64,000 nucleotides of DNA from Parcubacteria group bacterium (GTDB lineage: Bacteria > Patescibacteriota > Minisyncoccia > Phycocordibacterales > UBA2135). Position 1 is the first letter of the stretch, and every line of letters begins with the position of its first letter. The stretch is from assembly GCA_016180525.1 (NCBI GenBank), contig JACPBB010000003.1, positions 38,395 to 102,394 on the forward strand. The letters are read 5' to 3'. The notes beneath the pieces were generated by a model. It was not told the origin of the DNA and made no database searches. It saw only the letters and a program-made list of their open reading frames with translations. Of the stretch, positions 20,600-30,530 are shown piece after piece. The translations under genes were made by a program, and so were the position numbers.

Positions 20600-21610
20600 T
20601 TACTTGCTTGGCGCCGAGGAAGTAGACTGTGCCACGGATTTCGAATTATCGATAGTTTTAATCACCGCCATGGCTTTAGTCAACCACCCAACAGGATCAG
20701 CAGATTCACCCATCAAGACAAGTGAGTTATTTTTCTTTGCAAGATTTCCAAATTGCTCGAGAGTTTTCTTGGCAACTTCAAGTTGAACAGCCTTATCGCC
20801 ACCATTTTCATTAATTTCCTTAGCAACAAGCGATATCGCTTCCGCCTGACCCTTAGCGACCAAAACAGCGGATTGTTGCTGGCCTTCTGCAACAAGAATT
20901 GCTGATTGTTTTTCGCCCTCCGCATGATTGATTTTCGCCTGACGAACACCTTCAGACTCTAAAATCGCGGCACGCTTTTCACGCTCTGCTTTCATTTGCC
21001 GTTCCATTGATTCAAGAAGCGATTGCGGCATTTTAATGTCCTTAATTTCATACCGGGTTACTTGAACACCCCATGTTTTACCAGCCTCTGAAACAGCTGC
21101 CACAACTTTTTTATTGATTTCTTCCCTATTTTCAAATGTCTTGTCAAGCTCCATGGAACCAATTGCAGAGCGCATTGTTGTTTGCGCAAGATTGATCACT
21201 GCTTGCTCAATATTTTTTGCGCCATATGCCGAGTCTTTCGCGTCTAGAATTTTGAAATATAGAATGCCGTCAATGGTAACCGTTGCGTTGTCTTTTGTAA
21301 TCGCGTCTTGCTCGGGAACATCAATCACTCGTTCACGCAAATCAAATTGAAACGCAAGGCGCTCAACAACGGGTACTACAAAATTGATTCCAGCCGAAAG
21401 TGTCCGATTATATTTTCCAAGTCGTTCAACAACAAACACTTCCTGTTGGCGGACAAATTTAATTGTTGCTGTAATCGTTAGAACTAGAACATACACAATC
21501 CAGAAAAATGGACTGTAAACAATTCCTACTGGCATATGAAGTTGAAAAACGGTGTCAGTAATTGCCAGTAAAAGCGCGGCAAGACCAACCAAGAAAACAG
21601 TGACTCTCAT
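20600..21610 (-). CDS. SPFH/band-7 (stomatin/flotillin-like) membrane protein
   Basis: N-terminal TM, SPFH core, and C-terminal repeats 'AEGEKQSAILVAEGQQQSAVLVAKGQAEAISLVAKE' characteristic of flotillin/HflK-like tails. Confidence 0.8.
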   Translation of the reverse strand: MRVTVFLVGLAALLLAITDTVFQLHMPVGIVYSPFFWIVYVLVLTITATIKFVRQQEVFVVERLGKYNRTLSAGINFVVPVVERLAFQFDLRERVIDVPEQDAITKDNATVTIDGILYFKILDAKDSAYGAKNIEQAVINLAQTTMRSAIGSMELDKTFENREEINKKVVAAVSEAGKTWGVQVTRYEIKDIKMPQSLLESMERQMKAEREKRAAILESEGVRQAKINHAEGEKQSAILVAEGQQQSAVLVAKGQAEAISLVAKEINENGGDKAVQLEVAKKTLEQFGNLAKKNNSLVLMGESADPVGWLTKAMAVIKTIDNSKSVAQSTSSAPSK

Positions 21611-21761
21611 TAGTGCTCTCCTTCAAAAGCATGGCTTGATTTTCAAAGGGCTTCTCGGCGCGAGCGCACCATGCGTCTCACGCGAAACCGCATTTACACT
21701 AGCATATGCTATTTTTTTGTCAAGAAAAAATCCGCCACCCAAAGATGACGGATACAGTTTT

Positions 21762-22751
21762 TTACGCCGCTCCATAACTTTTTGGAGCAAGACAATCTTC
21801 CCATTTTTTATCAGTGCGAATGCGAAGCAATTTCTTCGCGTTCCGCAATTTGCCTGTTTTCTTGAATCTACTTTCGAATTGAACTTGAAGTACAATGGGG
21901 AATTGCTTCATCCGCGCAAGCTCTTCACGTACCGCGACGGTGAACTTCCCGAATTTCCCGCATGAAAATTCTTTTCCCGTGATCGGATCAATCTGGAGAA
22001 GCACGACTTCTTTCGCTCGCGCACTATCGGAAGCATTAATAATGACTTCGCGCGTGAAAAAGTCGTCTTCAAAAACCGGTTTCCATTTATAACACCCGGA
22101 AGGACGCGTTGGATTTTTACCATCAAGTCTGAAGTCATTTTCAAAATCAGCATTATATAACACAAGTCCCTCCCAATTATTTTTAAGAACCATCTTTTTT
22201 GCTTGTGTAAAGGATTCTTTTACTACCTCTACGCAAGAAACATATCTGCTTTTACGAGAGGTCGTCTTGAGGGCGCGTTGTATGTGTGAAAGAAAAAGTT
22301 CAAACGGCTCAGAGTATATATGCTTCCCCTCTCTAAACAGCGCTCCGAAAATAACAAGACACGGTTTCTCGTGCTGCTTTTGTTTCGCAAGAGCGGCTTT
22401 CTCGTTGCATTGGAAAAATTCTTGAGCTTTTGTGATGTCGTCATCTCCATCATCCTTGAGTACAACCTCACCAATAAGCATCAACAGTTGCCTGCTCATG
22501 TGGGCCCGAATTCTTTTTAACTCTGGCTTTAGATAGTCGAGCCGCCTGTCAGTTATTTCATTACATCCCGCAGTGTAAAATTTGATTCCCTTGTTTGTGA
22601 AAAGAACGTATATTTTCCAGCCATCTCGTTTGCGAGTAGTAACAAGCTTTCCTTTTTTTTCTAGTTTATGAATAACTGCTTCCTTATATGAACCATGCTG
22701 AATTGGCTTTCCGAGGACGAATCCTTTTAGTACAAAGCTCCAAACAGACAA
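21762..22751 (-). CDS. Minimal ATP-dependent polynucleotide ligase-like protein (covalent nucleotidyltransferase superfamily: NTase + OB)
   Basis: Motif I-like 'RKRDGWK' (K-x-D-G), motif III-like 'LMLIGEVVL', motif IV 'EGLVLY', motif V 'YKWKP' (K-x-K), and a C-terminal OB-like region; 329 aa. Whether it acts on DNA or RNA cannot be told from sequence alone. Confidence 0.45.
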   Translation of the reverse strand: MSVWSFVLKGFVLGKPIQHGSYKEAVIHKLEKKGKLVTTRKRDGWKIYVLFTNKGIKFYTAGCNEITDRRLDYLKPELKRIRAHMSRQLLMLIGEVVLKDDGDDDITKAQEFFQCNEKAALAKQKQHEKPCLVIFGALFREGKHIYSEPFELFLSHIQRALKTTSRKSRYVSCVEVVKESFTQAKKMVLKNNWEGLVLYNADFENDFRLDGKNPTRPSGCYKWKPVFEDDFFTREVIINASDSARAKEVVLLQIDPITGKEFSCGKFGKFTVAVREELARMKQFPIVLQVQFESRFKKTGKLRNAKKLLRIRTDKKWEDCLAPKSYGAA

Positions 22752-22884
22752 TCCGCACCTCCGTTACTAGTGTTATCGTATTTTAGAACCTAGAAACATA
22801 CTGGCACACAGATTTAAAAAGTCAATTATTATTATATTGAGTGAGTGCTAGGATGAATGTCAGAAGACAAAAAGGTGTTGACCT

Positions 22885-23538
22885 GTGCTAAAAAAGATCG
22901 CGCGCCCCTTGCTCTTTGAATTCGGCTTACTATTAATTCTGATGTTCGTGATTCCCCTTGCTGTGTCTGGATTACTATTTATTGCCTCTGAACAATCGCA
23001 GGCAAAAGGACTAGTGCTTACTCCTGAACAGAAAATATATGCTATTGCCAAAACAGTTTCGTCGCTTCCTATGGCAAAGAACATATTTATTGTTAACCAC
23101 ACCTTTTTACTTCCTAGAAATACACCGGTTGACTATGGCGTTCAATACACACTTGTTGTTACTAAATTAGACGAATTGAAAGAAGAAGACGCAAAAAAAA
23201 TATACGATGGTATCGGGCTGCTCTTAAAATCAACGACGAAAGAGGTGCTTGTAGAGAATAAAGACATAAAATATATTGCGATACTTTTTATACCTCCTCT
23301 TGTATGGCCGGTTGGTTTCGCGGAAAGTCTGGGGTTTCCCGTATTTTTATATGTTGCGAAAAGAGATGAGCTCTTGGCTCTTCATGAATACGGAATTGAA
23401 AAAGAATCTGCTTGGCTCATGGCGGCACAGAAAGGAAAGCTTGATCTTGTGGATTCTGTTATTCTGGAACAATTGATGGACGCGGCATCAAACAAGAATA
23501 GAGGTGAGGACGGCGGGGGCTTTATCCGCCCACGTTAA
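22885..23538 (+). CDS. Hypothetical membrane-anchored protein
   Basis: 217 aa, N-terminal TM, no motif; followed by a terminator. Confidence 0.35.
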   Translation: MLKKIARPLLFEFGLLLILMFVIPLAVSGLLFIASEQSQAKGLVLTPEQKIYAIAKTVSSLPMAKNIFIVNHTFLLPRNTPVDYGVQYTLVVTKLDELKEEDAKKIYDGIGLLLKSTTKEVLVENKDIKYIAILFIPPLVWPVGFAESLGFPVFLYVAKRDELLALHEYGIEKESAWLMAAQKGKLDLVDSVILEQLMDAASNKNRGEDGGGFIRPR

Positions 23539-23550
23539 TTATCTACTTAA

Positions 23551-23578
23551 AAATCTACCCCTCGGTAGATTTTTTTTG
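23551..23578 (+). terminator. Rho-independent terminator
   Basis: aaatctacc-cctc-ggtagattt followed by TTTTTTT. Confidence 0.55.
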
Positions 23579-23630
23579 ATGCATATGTTATCTGCGTGAA
23601 TCTGCACAACAATCTGCGAAAATCCGCGAA

Positions 23631-24950
23631 TTAGAGCTCCCGTAAATACCCCCAATTATGGAGTTTGTCAGAGTCCTCAAACCAACGGTCTCCGATATCT
23701 TTTCTGTAATACATATTTGGAATTAAAATATTCTGGATGCGCGCATATACCTGCTGTTGCGCCTGTTTCATGGTCTGCCCCGTGCCAACCACAATAAGCA
23801 CAACTCCCGATGTGCCCGTAACAAGCCATTCTCCGTTTACCTGTTTCACGTCTTCTATGTGTACGCCTTCACGATTTGGTTTTTTGAAAATAATAACCGC
23901 ATCTTTTGAATTAACTTCAAACGTTTTATTGTCATGAAACGGAAACGGGGGCACCACAATCCGTACACCAATTTGAAACCCGCTTTTTGCTTTAAATTTT
24001 GTTATTTCTCCCTTAGCTAAAGAATAGAAAAATTCTCCGATCGGAGTAAGTATTCCCTCCTGCTGAATGCTGATCGTGGGATATCCGAATCGAGCCGTAA
24101 ACTCAAGCGGATAAATACCGGCTCCGTTTACAACACAATTGATGTCAATATATCCCACAAAACCAGTGTCTCGTAATTTTTCTTCCATTTTGCCCAACGT
24201 AACATTAAAAATTTTATTAGGGGCACTCCAAAACATACTCGTACCCATTTCTCCGGTTGACGGCCCGATGTTCCCGGGAAATAATTTTTTATGTTCAAAA
24301 TTAACATTAATAGGATATACAAATTGTTTTCCATTAAAAAAAGCTCCAACAGCAATTTCAACTCCTACGATGCGCTTTTGAAGCTGAAACACTTTTATTT
24401 TTTTTGACCATGCCTTTTTATACGCTTCTAAAATTTGAAGAACGTCTCTTCCGTCTTCTTCTTCCCCCACAAAAAGAAATTGCTTTACGTTTTGAGCTTC
24501 TCCGCTTGGTTTTATTACATACCGATCGGGATGTGTTTTTACAAAAGCAATGGCCTCATCAAAGGAGGTAAAATTCTGATATGGAATTATATGAACTCCT
24601 GCATTTTTTAGCTCCTCTTGTCCGAAAGACCTATCGTCTTCAAGCATATCCGTATATGCTGTGCCGCCAATCACAAGTTTCCCTTGTTTGCGAAGCTGCT
24701 CCGCTTTCTTTCCCTGCCCCAAGACATCATCAAAAACAATAATGTCAGCCCACCCAACTTCATCTTTCCAAGAGTTGGTTTTAGAAACAAAACCGTCCCC
24801 GATGTCTTTTTCCGATTGAGCCTCAATATAATACTTTACCTCATGCCCCTCTTTAAAGATCTGCCATGCAATATCGCTAATAAGCCCGTCAAGAGAAACG
24901 AAGAGAAATTTTTTTTTGTCCATAGCCATACTGTAAAATGAGTATATCAA
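23631..24950 (-). CDS. ATP-grasp enzyme of the phosphoribosylamine--glycine ligase (PurD/GARS) family
   Basis: ATP-grasp blocks 'GPSTGEMGTSMFW' and 'YPLEFTARFGYPT' resemble the PurD NTGGMGA / LEFN-RFGDPE blocks. The N-terminus lacks the canonical GGREHA motif, so the substrate may differ. The likely start is the internal MDKKKFLFV. Confidence 0.5.
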   Translation of the reverse strand: MIYSFYSMAMDKKKFLFVSLDGLISDIAWQIFKEGHEVKYYIEAQSEKDIGDGFVSKTNSWKDEVGWADIIVFDDVLGQGKKAEQLRKQGKLVIGGTAYTDMLEDDRSFGQEELKNAGVHIIPYQNFTSFDEAIAFVKTHPDRYVIKPSGEAQNVKQFLFVGEEEDGRDVLQILEAYKKAWSKKIKVFQLQKRIVGVEIAVGAFFNGKQFVYPINVNFEHKKLFPGNIGPSTGEMGTSMFWSAPNKIFNVTLGKMEEKLRDTGFVGYIDINCVVNGAGIYPLEFTARFGYPTISIQQEGILTPIGEFFYSLAKGEITKFKAKSGFQIGVRIVVPPFPFHDNKTFEVNSKDAVIIFKKPNREGVHIEDVKQVNGEWLVTGTSGVVLIVVGTGQTMKQAQQQVYARIQNILIPNMYYRKDIGDRWFEDSDKLHNWGYLREL

Positions 24951-25038
24951 ACATTGAGAGAAAAATCTTTTTTAAATTACGCATAAGCACAAGCAGTCGA
25001 ATCAAAGACTGGTGTTTTGATTACCTAAAAGAGAAATA

Positions 25039-25707
25039 TTATGCAGCTGTCCCGGTACCAGCAATACACTCGGTAGAATCTTTAGCAGAAGCTGAAGTAA
25101 GGAGCCCTTCTCCGGCCGCGTTTATAAAGCGCTCTTTGAGCTCTGAAACAGATTTTTTGATAAAGCCTGTTTTTTGTTCTTCTGAGGCATTTTCCTCGTA
25201 TACTTCAATGTAAGGATACTCGCTTGAAAGCCATTCAGCATAGACAAGCGCAAGTGTTTTGCCCAGTTCCACTACTCCGCGTTGACGAAATGTTATTTCG
25301 GCAACAAGCGGGATACCTATAGAATGAGTGTTCCCTAAAATGCCACAGCGAACAAAATATTCGCGGTCATGAGGTGAGAGCCCAGTAAGAATATAAGTGG
25401 AGTCGTCATAGAGTTGTTGTTTAAGGTCTTCTACCGTAAGAATACGCGGATGTTCATTAATGCGCAGAGGTGCCGTGGCAGCAATAGATGGCATGCTCCA
25501 TGATACTTCTTTTATTTCTATATCATTGCCACCAGATACGACAAAAGCCCCCTTATCATCTTCAAATGTATATTGAATAAGCGGATCATCCTGTCGTTCA
25601 ACTTCTATCCTAAAGAGACTATATTCCATATACGCGAAATAAACACCAAGTACCATAAGCACCAAGGACACTAGCACAGAAAGTTTTTGAAGAATTGTTT
25701 TAAACAT
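25039..25707 (-). CDS. Hypothetical signal-anchored protein
   Basis: 222 aa, N-terminal TM, no motif. Confidence 0.3.
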   Translation of the reverse strand: MFKTILQKLSVLVSLVLMVLGVYFAYMEYSLFRIEVERQDDPLIQYTFEDDKGAFVVSGGNDIEIKEVSWSMPSIAATAPLRINEHPRILTVEDLKQQLYDDSTYILTGLSPHDREYFVRCGILGNTHSIGIPLVAEITFRQRGVVELGKTLALVYAEWLSSEYPYIEVYEENASEEQKTGFIKKSVSELKERFINAAGEGLLTSASAKDSTECIAGTGTAA

Positions 25708-26144
25708 AGTTTGATGATTAGTTATTATGTTCCTTATCGACCAAGAGACATTTATGCCTGTATTTTTTGGTTTAAAAATATGTCAGAGCATGATGACAAA
25801 GTTTATGTTTTTAGTTATCCACAGGTCAAAATTGTCGTCTTTGCAAGGAGCACTACTTTAATTGTAAGATGAGCATAGAGGTAATACAATAATTTAAAAT
25901 ATATTTTTTATGTTAACTATAAGAAACATATGTTAACAGTAAGAAACAACGAGCGAAAACACTTAACGATATAAGAAAATACTGGGAAGAGATTTTTTCC
26001 AGTAAAACAAAGATTTTGTTTCTTTAAAGTAACAAAAAAATTTGTTATCAGAAATAATAAACAAGTTATCCACAGTACTATTTTGCAAAATTGAATCAAG
26101 TGGTATAAACACCGATCATAATAAATTATAAAGATTAAAAAATA

Positions 26145-26582
26145 ATGTCAAAAATTTTAGACAAAATGAATAGCCACACTACAAAAAGAAAAAAAATAGA
26201 TATATCGTCACAGGAAATGGCAAAATTGGGTTCATATCTTCAAAGATTACGCCTTGACTTAGATATGTCTTTACGGAGGGCGGCGCAACTCTCCCGAATA
26301 TCCCCAGCTCATCTTTGTAAAATTGAACAAGGGGATGTTTTTAAATCAGTAGGAATTGATGTACTATCTCGCCTTGCCAGAACATACAGTATTCCCCTTT
26401 CGTCTATCCTTGAAGAAGCGGGGTTTATTGAGGAATACACCGATAAACTTCCTTCTTTTACACAATATTTGCGTCAAAAATTTAATTTGTCTCCCCAAGC
26501 GATTAGAGACCTTGAAACAACAAAAGAAGTTGTTTTAAAGAAATATAAAGTCTCTCCCGATCTTCAATCCCGCTTGTTTTAA
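26145..26582 (+). CDS. XRE-family helix-turn-helix transcriptional regulator
   Basis: 'LGSYLQRLRLDLDMSLRRAAQLSRISPAHLCKIEQG' is the canonical HTH_XRE (Cro/C1) motif. Confidence 0.6.
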   Translation: MSKILDKMNSHTTKRKKIDISSQEMAKLGSYLQRLRLDLDMSLRRAAQLSRISPAHLCKIEQGDVFKSVGIDVLSRLARTYSIPLSSILEEAGFIEEYTDKLPSFTQYLRQKFNLSPQAIRDLETTKEVVLKKYKVSPDLQSRLF

Positions 26583-26639
26583 GTTAAAGATACAGGCATA
26601 ATAGAGGCAGATAGCATCTTTACAAAAAGGCCCAGGGCG

Positions 26640-27911
26640 ATGACACCATCCGGCTTCTCTCGGATAGTGCGGCCCAACGGGCTCACTATCCTTATCCAGA
26701 AAAAAGAACACGGGACGGTAAGTTTTGGCATTGGCGTACGTTTTGGCTCCGCAAATCATGGAGCAAGCCACCTTATTGAGCATGTGCTCTTTACCGGCAC
26801 AAAAACACGAACTGAGGAACAAATACGACAAGAGGCAACGCGCTGGGGAGGGTACCATGACGCATACGTTGGTTTCTTCTCAACTTTTTTTGTTACAAAA
26901 AATCTTGTGGTTCGTGGTTATGAACCTTTAGAAATTCTCTGTGACATGATTGCCAATCCGTCATTTTTACCGGAAAAAATAGAAAATCAGCGGAATGTAA
27001 CACTTGAAGAACATGAAAAGCGCTCCAGTGAGCCAGAAACAATGCTTATGAATAGAATTTATAGGACGCTCTATTGTGATACTCCCCTTGAGTGTGCTGT
27101 TGTGGATGACACCGGGGTGTTAAATAAAATAACACGCCAAGAACTTGTCAAGCTCTATCAAAAACACTACATCCCCTCCCAGCTAATTGTCGTGGGTGTC
27201 GGTCCAATAGATGTCGACCGTGTTGTTGAAATTGTTGACACACACTTCCCCCAAAAGAGGAAACAGCTTCCGGAAACGCTTGAGGTTTCTCCTGAGGTTC
27301 TTGAGCCTCCATCGGGAAACATCATCATTCCTAAGAGTGGGGTAGGTCAGGCACACATGATGGTGGGGTTTAAAACAGTCTCCCGTACGCATCCTGATTT
27401 TTATCCGTTGCGAGTATTTTCAATGATTATCGGAGAAAGTACTAATTCTCGCCTGTTTAGAGCAACTCGTGGAATGGTCGGCCTCGTATATAATATAACT
27501 TCACATTTTGATACGGTGCGGTCCTCAAGACAAAGTGTTCTCCGAGCAGATTGTACCGCCTATCACGGCACTCTTCGCATCTATTCATTCTTTAAACAAC
27601 GGAAGCTGAGACGTGTTGAGAATACCATAAAGGAGGAGCTCAGAAAGCTTACGGAATCTTTAGTTCCTCCAGAAGAGTTGAAAATCAATCAAGAAGGAGT
27701 AATTGGTAAACACGAGCTTGGAATGCAAGGAACTCATCAAGAAATGCGTATGTTATTTGCGGCTGAAATAAATAAGAGTACAGAAGAATTTTTCAATTTT
27801 AAAGAAAAAATACGCGCGGTAACTGCTGAAGATGTGCGGAGGGTTGCGCAAACATATTGTGGCCCAAATCAGGGAGTTTGGGTTACGCTCAAGCCAAAAG
27901 CTCATAATTAA
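26640..27911 (+). CDS. M16 (pitrilysin/insulinase) family zinc peptidase
   Basis: Inverted zinc-binding motif 'HGASHLIEHVLFTGT' (H-x-x-E-H) and downstream Glu; 423 aa. Confidence 0.75.
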   Translation: MTPSGFSRIVRPNGLTILIQKKEHGTVSFGIGVRFGSANHGASHLIEHVLFTGTKTRTEEQIRQEATRWGGYHDAYVGFFSTFFVTKNLVVRGYEPLEILCDMIANPSFLPEKIENQRNVTLEEHEKRSSEPETMLMNRIYRTLYCDTPLECAVVDDTGVLNKITRQELVKLYQKHYIPSQLIVVGVGPIDVDRVVEIVDTHFPQKRKQLPETLEVSPEVLEPPSGNIIIPKSGVGQAHMMVGFKTVSRTHPDFYPLRVFSMIIGESTNSRLFRATRGMVGLVYNITSHFDTVRSSRQSVLRADCTAYHGTLRIYSFFKQRKLRRVENTIKEELRKLTESLVPPEELKINQEGVIGKHELGMQGTHQEMRMLFAAEINKSTEEFFNFKEKIRAVTAEDVRRVAQTYCGPNQGVWVTLKPKAHN

Positions 27912-27978
27912 AACAAGGTCAATCATAGACTGTGAATGATTGACCTTTTGTCTTTTTTTCAATATTCTATAGAGTATT

Positions 27979-28737
27979 ATGCTCAAAGACATACTCACAA
28001 AAATAGGCCTTGAGGATAAGGAGGTAAAAATATATGAAGCGGCACTTGAATCTGGACCAGAAACAGTACAAAAAATTGCTAGGCACGCCGGTATTACAAG
28101 AACCTCTGCGTATATTCATATCAACTCTCTTATGCAACAAGGGCTGATGTCAAAGAGCACTCGCGACAAGCACACCTATTTCAGCGCAGAACCTCCTGAA
28201 AATTTATTTCGTCTTGTTGAAACACGAAAAAAGGAGGCTCAGCGATATTCCTTTGAATTAAAAAAAATAATGCCTCAGCTGCGAATGTTATATGAAACTG
28301 GCGCTGAACGGCCACATGTTCGAGTTTTTGAAGGAAGAGAGGGTCTTAAAACAATGATTGACGACCTTTTAAAATCTAAAATTCAGAGCTTGGAAGAATT
28401 TACGGCACTGGATGAAATACACGCCATAATACCTCCGCAGCCGAATGACCATAGAATAAAAATAAAAAATAAACTGAAAAAAGTACCGCGTAAAATTATT
28501 TATACGAGTAGTAAAGGGCCATTTTTAGAAGTGAAAGAAGGGACAAAAGAACGACGTTTTTTAGACAAAAATAAATTTCCCTTTACGGGAGGCATAAATG
28601 TTTACGGAAACAAGGTTTCTATGACTAGCCGTAAAAAAACAATTACGGGCGTTATTATTGAAAATAAAGAAATTGCCGATACGGTTCGCGCACTCTTCAA
28701 TTTAGCCTGGGAATCATTTAAAAAGCATAAAAATTAA
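27979..28737 (+). CDS. TrmB-family transcriptional regulator
   Basis: N-terminal wHTH 'LGLEDKEVKIYEAALESGPETVQKIARHAGITRTSAYIHINSLMQQGLM' matches the TrmB N-terminal DNA-binding domain architecture. Confidence 0.5.
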   Translation: MLKDILTKIGLEDKEVKIYEAALESGPETVQKIARHAGITRTSAYIHINSLMQQGLMSKSTRDKHTYFSAEPPENLFRLVETRKKEAQRYSFELKKIMPQLRMLYETGAERPHVRVFEGREGLKTMIDDLLKSKIQSLEEFTALDEIHAIIPPQPNDHRIKIKNKLKKVPRKIIYTSSKGPFLEVKEGTKERRFLDKNKFPFTGGINVYGNKVSMTSRKKTITGVIIENKEIADTVRALFNLAWESFKKHKN

Positions 28738-29014
28738 TCCCCGGCACGCGTTTGCGTACCGGGGTATAACTAATCTCCTTCATCGCAATGTGCAACTCGC
28801 ATATTGCCAATTTTTCGTGATGCCCAAAAGTCAAGAACGTCTTGAGATGCCATCGCGGTAAGATCCTCTTGGTACAAACTGTCATTTATCTTACTACAAA
28901 TATTTATAGCTACAAAGAGTTATCAACAATTTTATATCCTTTATTTAAAGGCGAGGTCAGCAATTTCATTTTTATATTGATTTTTAGGCATTTTTTGTCA
29001 ATTTTAAAAAACAA

Positions 29015-29563
29015 TTATTTTTTATTACTCAACATATTTTTAAGTTTTTCAAGAGCTATCCGCCTCATTGCAATAGGGTCTCTTTCTTCCGGTAAAAGTT
29101 CTCCATATGTTTTACTCATTCCCTCTGGAATAAAAATAGGAGACCAGCCAAAACTGGTGTCCCCTTTTGGATTCTCCGCGACAACCCCCTTCATCTCTCC
29201 TTCTATAAGATGAGTAATTGCTCCATCATGATACCCGTAACAGACAGTGGCAATACAACTCCTGTCTTTTCCGTCAACAAGCCGCGCGAGACCTTCGTTC
29301 CCCAATTCTTTGAAAAACCATTTTATTAATGGCCCGGGTAAATTTCCAAAAGCAGTAAATACAAGCGACACATCTTCTACAAGAACGGGGCTATTTATTT
29401 TTTGATACGCAAGCAACACCTTCTCTTTTACTATTTCTTTTAAATCAAGTGATTGGATCTCATGCAGATCAAGCGCGATATGTTTAATTGAAAAACCGAG
29501 GTATCGTGAAGCTTCAGCCGCCTTACTTTTGTTGCTTGTAATAAGCGTTAGATTTTTATTCAT
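29015..29563 (-). CDS. Non-canonical purine NTP pyrophosphatase (Ham1/RdgB/ITPase family)
   Basis: N-terminal 'LITSNKSKAAE' (T-x-N-x-x-K-x-x-E) is the Ham1 signature; 182 aa. Confidence 0.8.
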   Translation of the reverse strand: MNKNLTLITSNKSKAAEASRYLGFSIKHIALDLHEIQSLDLKEIVKEKVLLAYQKINSPVLVEDVSLVFTAFGNLPGPLIKWFFKELGNEGLARLVDGKDRSCIATVCYGYHDGAITHLIEGEMKGVVAENPKGDTSFGWSPIFIPEGMSKTYGELLPEERDPIAMRRIALEKLKNMLSNKK

Positions 29564-29656
29564 AATTTTTTAATTAAATCACACTTCAGTGTAAATTCAA
29601 TATACTATGTTATTTTTATTTGTTATGAAGAAGGGAGAGCATAGTGCGGAGTAGCC

Positions 29657-29830
29657 ATGCTACAGGGCATTATTGAACAAAATTTCCCCCTATTTGGAGA
29701 TGGTCCTTTAAACAAAGCTCTCGAGGAGGCGCACGAAAATGACTGGGAACAACCAGGCACTCCCCCATCCACAGAAAAAATGGATATCATAACAATCGTA
29801 AACCTCCTTGAGCAGGATTATTGTGAATAA
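29657..29830 (+). CDS. Small acidic protein (57 aa), hypothetical
   Basis: MLQGIIEQNFPLFGDGPLNKALEEAHENDWEQPGTPPSTEKMDIITIVNLLEQDYCE, followed directly by a strong terminator. Not in the supplied ORF track. Confidence 0.3.
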   Translation: MLQGIIEQNFPLFGDGPLNKALEEAHENDWEQPGTPPSTEKMDIITIVNLLEQDYCE

Positions 29831-29868
29831 ACCTCGCTATGTATGCAAGCGAGGTTTGACTTTTTTAT
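29831..29868 (+). terminator. Rho-independent terminator
   Basis: aacctcgc-tatgtatgca-agcgaggtt followed by tgactttttt. Confidence 0.5.
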
Positions 29869-29912
29869 AAATATAATGCAATATATATAAAGAATTACTG
29901 TGAGATTTCTGT

Positions 29913-30437
29913 ATGAAGAAACGAGATACTAGTCTTTCGGATCTGTTAACAAAAAGACTTATCTTGGACATGCGTCGTATCTTGTTTCCCGTTAATGTTA
30001 AAAAATTGCGTGAATTTTACAGGGGTTATAATGGAGTCGTGGCTCTTATTGATTATCTTGATTTACCTGAAGTACGCGCGCTTGATTTAACCGAGATTGG
30101 CTCAAGCACGATTGACCTTGACGGTGTTTTAGATGATGAAACAATGACTGAAGCAGAGACTGCCTACGCAATATTTTTCAAAACATATAAAATGTATATT
30201 GGCAGTAAAGACGGATCTGTTACACCGCTTGAATGGTTAGAAAAACTCTCCAAGGTATTTTCAAAAATTCACCCTGTCGCTCGTGGACGTTTTGATAGAA
30301 TCTGCGGAGCGCTGGCTGCAGTAAATAAAGCGGTCCATAGAGCACTGGAGACTGGAGACTATGAAATTGTTACGGATGAAATGATGGAGGAAGAAGACAG
30401 AAAAGCACTAGAAGAAGAAATACAAGTTCGCCATTAA
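29913..30437 (+). CDS. Hypothetical protein
   Basis: 174 aa, acidic C-terminus, no motif; followed by a terminator. Confidence 0.35.
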   Translation: MKKRDTSLSDLLTKRLILDMRRILFPVNVKKLREFYRGYNGVVALIDYLDLPEVRALDLTEIGSSTIDLDGVLDDETMTEAETAYAIFFKTYKMYIGSKDGSVTPLEWLEKLSKVFSKIHPVARGRFDRICGALAAVNKAVHRALETGDYEIVTDEMMEEEDRKALEEEIQVRH

Positions 30438-30444
30438 ACCCTCG

Positions 30445-30478
30445 GCTCCGGGGGTTTTTGATTTTTTAAAAAAATTGA
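30445..30478 (+). terminator. Rho-independent terminator
   Basis: ccctcgg-ctcc-ggggg followed by tttttgatttttt. Confidence 0.45.
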
Positions 30479-30530
30479 CAAGTCTTTATTTTTTTGTTTA
30501 CATACGTTTAGAAAATGGGGAGTCTTTCAC

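Noticed and set aside
28842-29213. 123-aa plus-strand ORF spanning the 28.75-29.0 kb intergenic region into the Ham1 gene
   Set aside because: It overlaps the Ham1 CDS antisense. Its 5' part lies in a 265-nt AT-rich intergenic stretch, and its translation is low-complexity. The intergenic region itself is probably promoter or UTR.
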